From positions 496,001 through 560,000 of the forward strand of contig OZ037841.1 of NCBI GenBank assembly GCA_964035575.1: a DNA stretch of 64,000 bases, written 5' to 3'. Under the pieces are notes generated by a model. It ran no database searches. It saw only the letters and a program-made list of their open reading frames with translations, and was not told the DNA's origin. Positions within the stretch are counted from its first letter, which is position 1. Every line of letters begins with the position of its first letter. Of the stretch, positions 59,357-64,000 are shown in pieces. The position numbers and the translations under genes are program-made. This stretch comes from Rhynchopus sp. YZ270_cl-10. Its lineage: Eukaryota.

Positions 59357-62072
59357 TCACTCAGGGAGCTGCACAGGCTCCTCCTGTGGAGGCAGGTCTT
59401 CGTGGTCGGGGGCGACGTCGGCGTCCTGTGGGTTGGCCTCGGAGGAGGCTTCCATTTCTGTTGTCGCTGGTGGGCTGGTTGCTTCGACTTCGCTGGGGAC
59501 AGCGGCAGGAGAGGGGGCCGGGGGTTCTGCGGGTTCGTGCTTGACACGCACTGCGTCCCAGTGAGACATATCGCCCTGTAGTGTGTAGTTTAATAGTTAG
59601 ATTCATATACTTTCAGTTCACAGAATTGAAAGTATTTGAGAGGGTCTGTAGTGTAGTTCAATAGAAAAAAAGTGGTAAAAACAAGTTGGTTCTCCCTGCA
59701 TTACGTTGGCGTTTGGTGTGGGGGAGAGTAGTATTCTTTGAGATCTATGCTTTTTGGTTTTGTTGATAAATTGTTGGAGTAGTGTAGTTGCAAATAGTGT
59801 TGCCACATGCAATCTCCACTGCGGTTTTTGTTTTATGGTTTGGACCCCCTAGCTTTCAGATGTTCTGCCATATACTGGTGTTCCAGAAAGAGGTGGACAG
59901 AAGGGAGTTTCGTGAACATGTGTTCATACCATTTCTACGCAATGGATGAGAGCTTTGAGGTCGATGACAGCTCCTTTGTCTTCTTCCGCAATCTGTTAGT
60001 TGAGGTGAGTGTTGTTAATTAAATATAAAAGGAAATCACTGTAGTTGCGTTGTAAGCTGATTGCCATCTGAGGGGGAAAAAAATGCTTCAAAATGCAACG
60101 CACGGCTGACAAATTGCGGAAAAGGCACCTCAAAAAAAGACCCCCCGATAAAGGGGTTTAACAAAGAAGGGGGGGAGAGGTGCATGTTTATATACCTGAG
60201 GTGATTCATCCCACAACTCCCATCTCTTGCTCAAGATCTCTGCCATGACTGCGTCTGAGAGCGACACCTGTGGTGTGTTTCGTACAATAATTTCAAAAAC
60301 ACTTTCTTTTTTTTCGATATGACCCCCTCTCCTCCCCCTTAGACATCATCCACACAACGAAGTAAAATGACTGTTTACTTTAAAATTTTACTTTGCAATT
60401 TCCCCGTTGTCTTACAACGGGGAAACCACAAAACCAAAACCACTCATGTACGTTGCCGTCGTGCAACGTCAACTCCCCCAAACCATACCTTGTTCAGCAG
60501 AGCACTGATCGGGAGCTCTGTCTTCATCAACTCTTCATGAGATATCCCCTGCGGGCCTGCTGCAACCGAACAGCATTCAAAGACGTTGAAGGTGCCTGGC
60601 GTGGCGAGGTACTGCGGGGGCTCCCAGAGCGGGGTGGGGAGGGCTGCGCCACCACCACCACCACCCCTCTCACGGAAGGCCGCTCTAAAATCGTTTACGA
60701 CTGCCGCAAGCCCCCCCGACAGGACTACCCCAAGCAACAGAAGGTCGCACAACGCGACATCCACTTCATGCGCACCGGATACAGGGTCGCCTGCTGTATC
60801 GCTGTACATCTCCCTTAAGGCTCGAGTTTCTCTGCAAATATGAAACGAATCAGCCCGAAGCTGCTGACTCCGCGCTGCCGAAGGTGTAATATCCGTATAC
60901 GTCGAAACAAACGCAGTAACCAACCGCCCCAGCACCTCCTTCACTAAGACCGGGTGAAGCCCATTTGATATCATTTTTTTAATGTGAAGAAACGCGAAGC
61001 TGACGCCATGTGTACAGGAACGGTTCATATAGAATGCGGAATAGCTTTTCCATGCGTTCTTTGCGACGTCAGCGAGGGCGGTGTGCTTGAGATAGTCCAG
61101 CTGGGAGTGGATGGTCTCACGACAGATCAGCGCAGTGGTGGTGTCAGCATGCTTGACTGCATCAGACACTGCCTGCGAAAGAAGCAAGGCAGCCCCCCCA
61201 AGCTGCCCCGATGTACTCTGCGAGACCCCTCCAATAAAAAAGAATTTTTGCCGTATCGCCACTGCCTCATGGCAACAATCAAACAAACACGGATGCGCAT
61301 GACTCAACAACAACGCCGATCGAAACTGCGTCCATACATCCTCCAATACCGTTTGCACTGCAACCTTTATAGCAGACGCAGTCGAAATCACATCTTTCGC
61401 CTGAGGAAATGAACTAGACGCGAGAACCACTGCAGAGTGTAACATTGCGAGGGTCTGTCCGTATGCATCGCAGGTAGAAGAAGGACGGTGTTGGTCTAAT
61501 GAAGTGAACACTATCTTCTTTGCGCGCGCAGTTTTGACTGTAGTGAGGGATGTAATGGTTGCACTGCAGAGCTTTGCTAGATTTTCTTGAATTGCGAGTT
61601 GCCTTCTATGTATGGGAAGCGGCGACGCAGGACTCATTGCAAGAGCTGCTGCTGCCGGAGTCGTCTGCGGGGTCCCTGCAGACGACGCAGGGTGCTCTCC
61701 CCCAGACTCCTCCCCTTCCCCAGCCTTCTTCTCCTTCTTGTCGTCCTTCTTCTTTTTGCGTTTCTTTTTTTTCTTTTCGGTAGATTTTTTTACAGGCTCT
61801 GACACAGCGGTGAGGTGTTCTTGACCACCCACATTGCCTTCCTCAGCGAGAACTGGTCGGAGCAACGCTGAGGTACACAAACCACGATACAAAAGGTGTA
61901 AAGGAGCGTCCACCGCAGCGCCTTGGGTCGCGTAGTCGTCTATGTCGTGCACCGTCACGCCACACCGTACTGCCAACGCAGCCGCGCCACTGCCGGTGAT
62001 CCCTTCACTCGGTGCTGCCGGGTACTTCTTCTCCAACCCCTTCAACCACCCTTCATCTATTAGAACTGTCAT
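59357..62072 (-). CDS. KIAA0825/DUF4495-like protein; exons 62072-60489, 60267-60196, 59992-59930, 59575-59357 (possibly two further micro-exons)
   Basis: 'AWKSYSAFYMNRSCT' and 'YTDITPSAARSQQLRAD' resemble KIAA0825 motifs as I recall them. Phase-0 GT-AG junctions link the downstream exons in frame. Confidence 0.65.
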
Positions 62073-62870
62073 TTTTTGGTAGTCACGAAATTTTCTAAAA
62101 TAATTTTTTTTTTTCAAAAAAAAGGGGGAGAAAAAGAAGGAGGAAGAAGAGGAAGAGGAAGAGGAGGAGGAGGAAGAAAAACACGAGAGTGTTTTTTTTT
62201 TTTTTTTTTGTGTATTCTGTGAGGGTATTAAGGTGTTTATTGAAGAGGTGGCCCTATAAGATAAGAGGATTATGTCGTGATGGAAGAAGTATAAAAAGGG
62301 GAGGAGAGTAGAAGAATTTTTTTTTTTCATGCTGGTTCGTTCAAAAAGAAATTTTAAAAGGGGATGTGAGGGGGGGGAGAGGAGGAGGTGGGATGTTTTG
62401 TTGTGTCGCTAAGCTGAGGTGTTTAAATGATCTTCTCCAATCCATTTGAAAACGTCCCCAGGCACACAACAGAGGAGAGAATAGAGGGGGGTGAGGGAGA
62501 GACAAAAAAACACTTAAAAAGATGAATGCACCACTCTGCGCAAAACATCTCAAAAAAACTATCCACACAAACCACATTCTATAGAAGGATTTTTACTTTT
62601 TGATCAGTGGGATTTTTTTTTTTGAAGAAAAAAAAAAATGCGTTGACTAAAGTAAAAAGGTACCTTCGCTTTTACCAAGGCAAAAGGTAGAATGAACACA
62701 ATAACGTACCACACGCGAACACAAGAGAGTCCAACCCCTGAGTTAACAGATGCTACCCAAAAAAAATCAAAGGGGACGGTTTATAAAAAAAAAGTGGATA
62801 AAGTGAACCTTATGCTATGCTTAGTCACCTTGATCACAAATAAACCATGGTGAGATACCTCACCTTTACA

Positions 62871-63043
62871 CGACGGGACCCAGTGACAAGTGACAAGTGA
62901 AATCACATGTCATTTCACTTGTCACAATATGACAAAAAAGCCACTTGTCATGACAAGTGACTTTCTAGGGGATATAGGCTATTTACTTGTCATTTACTTG
63001 TCATTTTCACTTGTTACTTGTCACGTGTCACCGGGTCCCGTCG
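62871..63043. mobile_element. Small MITE with TGACAAGTG repeats
   Basis: TIR CGACGGGACCCAGTGACA / TGTCACCGGGTCCCGTCG. Confidence 0.75.
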
Positions 63044-63456
63044 TACCCACCGTTGCCTTCCCCCCCCCCCCACCTCGGTGGGGGGGTCTGCACTCAATGT
63101 CGGATGACTTTTTATATAATCCGTTCGTTTAAATGCAGCTGTCATAGAAGAAGTCTTTACTACCATTTTTCAAAATTTCCATATTCCAAAAAAAACACAC
63201 AACAAAAATTTATTAGATGAACCTAAGCTTCATTGCTTCACCTTTTTTCAAAAAAATTAAAAAGAACTTTAAAAAAAGTGATAACACATCACCGAGTGAC
63301 GAAAGCTCTGGGGTATGAATATAACCGCAGATGGCTCACTTTGCTGACTTAAAAAAAAAAAATGCTAGGAGGAATCTATTCAAAAAATAATAAAAAGAGG
63401 GAGAGAGAGCAAGGCTTTGTGAGACGTCACTAAGCCTTGCAGTTTTTAGCTACGTT

Positions 63457-64000
63457 CAGTGCTGACGCTAAGGAAAAAGCCGGTCATATATGACCAAAAA
63501 AAAAAGAAAAAAAAAAGTCTGAAAATATGCCGGTCATATATGACCGGTGTTGGGTGGGTGGGCAGGGTGGGGTAGGGGATGGTCGGAAGTCCCCCCCAGT
63601 TGGCACCTCACACGAGCCTCTGAGAGTGACCAGAAATGGCCTCATGAACAAAGTGACCCCGTCACAGCCAGAACGCGACTCAATTGGTCAAATGCCGAAG
63701 GAAAAGGAAGCAGGCAGCGTGGCGAAATAATAAAAGTAGCGTACCGTGCGCCTGCGGCGCAAGCTTGCCAACGCACCCTTCCCTTTGACATAGTATATCA
63801 GTAAAAATGTGCAATTTAAGCGCAATTTTTTGAAATGTTGCGTACCGTGGCTTCGCCACGAACCTTTGGGTGCCATGACCGCCGTTTCTTATTGTAAACT
63901 GATCCCACGCGTGCCTGGTGCAAATATCAGTGAAGTGCCGAACTCTGCAGAGGAATTCGCACATTCCGCCGGAGGCCCCCAACTTGAGCTGGGTTGGGGA
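63457..64000. mobile_element. Left part of a hAT-type non-autonomous element running off the window
   Basis: Begins CAGTGCTGACGCTAA, similar to the TIR of 55517-56392; CCGGTCATATATGACC subterminal repeats; interior homologous to ~55665-55772 and ~36185-36505. Confidence 0.7.

Noticed and set aside
62073..62330. N-terminal extension of the 628-aa ORF
   Set aside because: Low-complexity homopolymer and polypyrimidine sequence; the ATG at 62072 is the more plausible start.
1..64000. tRNA, rRNA or spliced-leader RNA genes
   Set aside because: None recognised by eye; a covariance-model scan would be needed to exclude them.

Overview
Eukaryotic, repeat-rich genomic DNA. About eleven host genes all lie on the minus strand, several with short GT-AG introns. 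This layout, plus an ERG4-type sterol reductase, suggests a euglenozoan (diplonemid-like) protist, which is inference only. Host genes: a polycystin/PKD2-like channel, a PPR + TrmB-type methyltransferase fusion, an FkbM-like membrane protein, ERG4, a 5-exon TruD/PUS7 pseudouridine synthase, a 4-exon SCY1-like pseudokinase, a UVR/PH-like protein, a KIAA0825/DUF4495-like protein and unknowns. I reconstructed the exons by hand from splice signals and reading frame. Intergenic DNA and introns hold many DNA transposons: an intact hAT transposase element inside a TruD intron, a deleted piggyBac, and more than ten non-autonomous TIR elements, including a three-level nested stack at 49.6-55.5 kb. Two patterns stand out. 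(1) The same non-coding internal 'cores' recur between unrelated TIRs with different target-site signatures, which looks like end swapping between transposon families. (2) Dozens of short, strictly co-oriented hairpin repeats, many sharing a GCCTCTC-type loop, are scattered through the window. All alignments were done by eye and no database searches were run.
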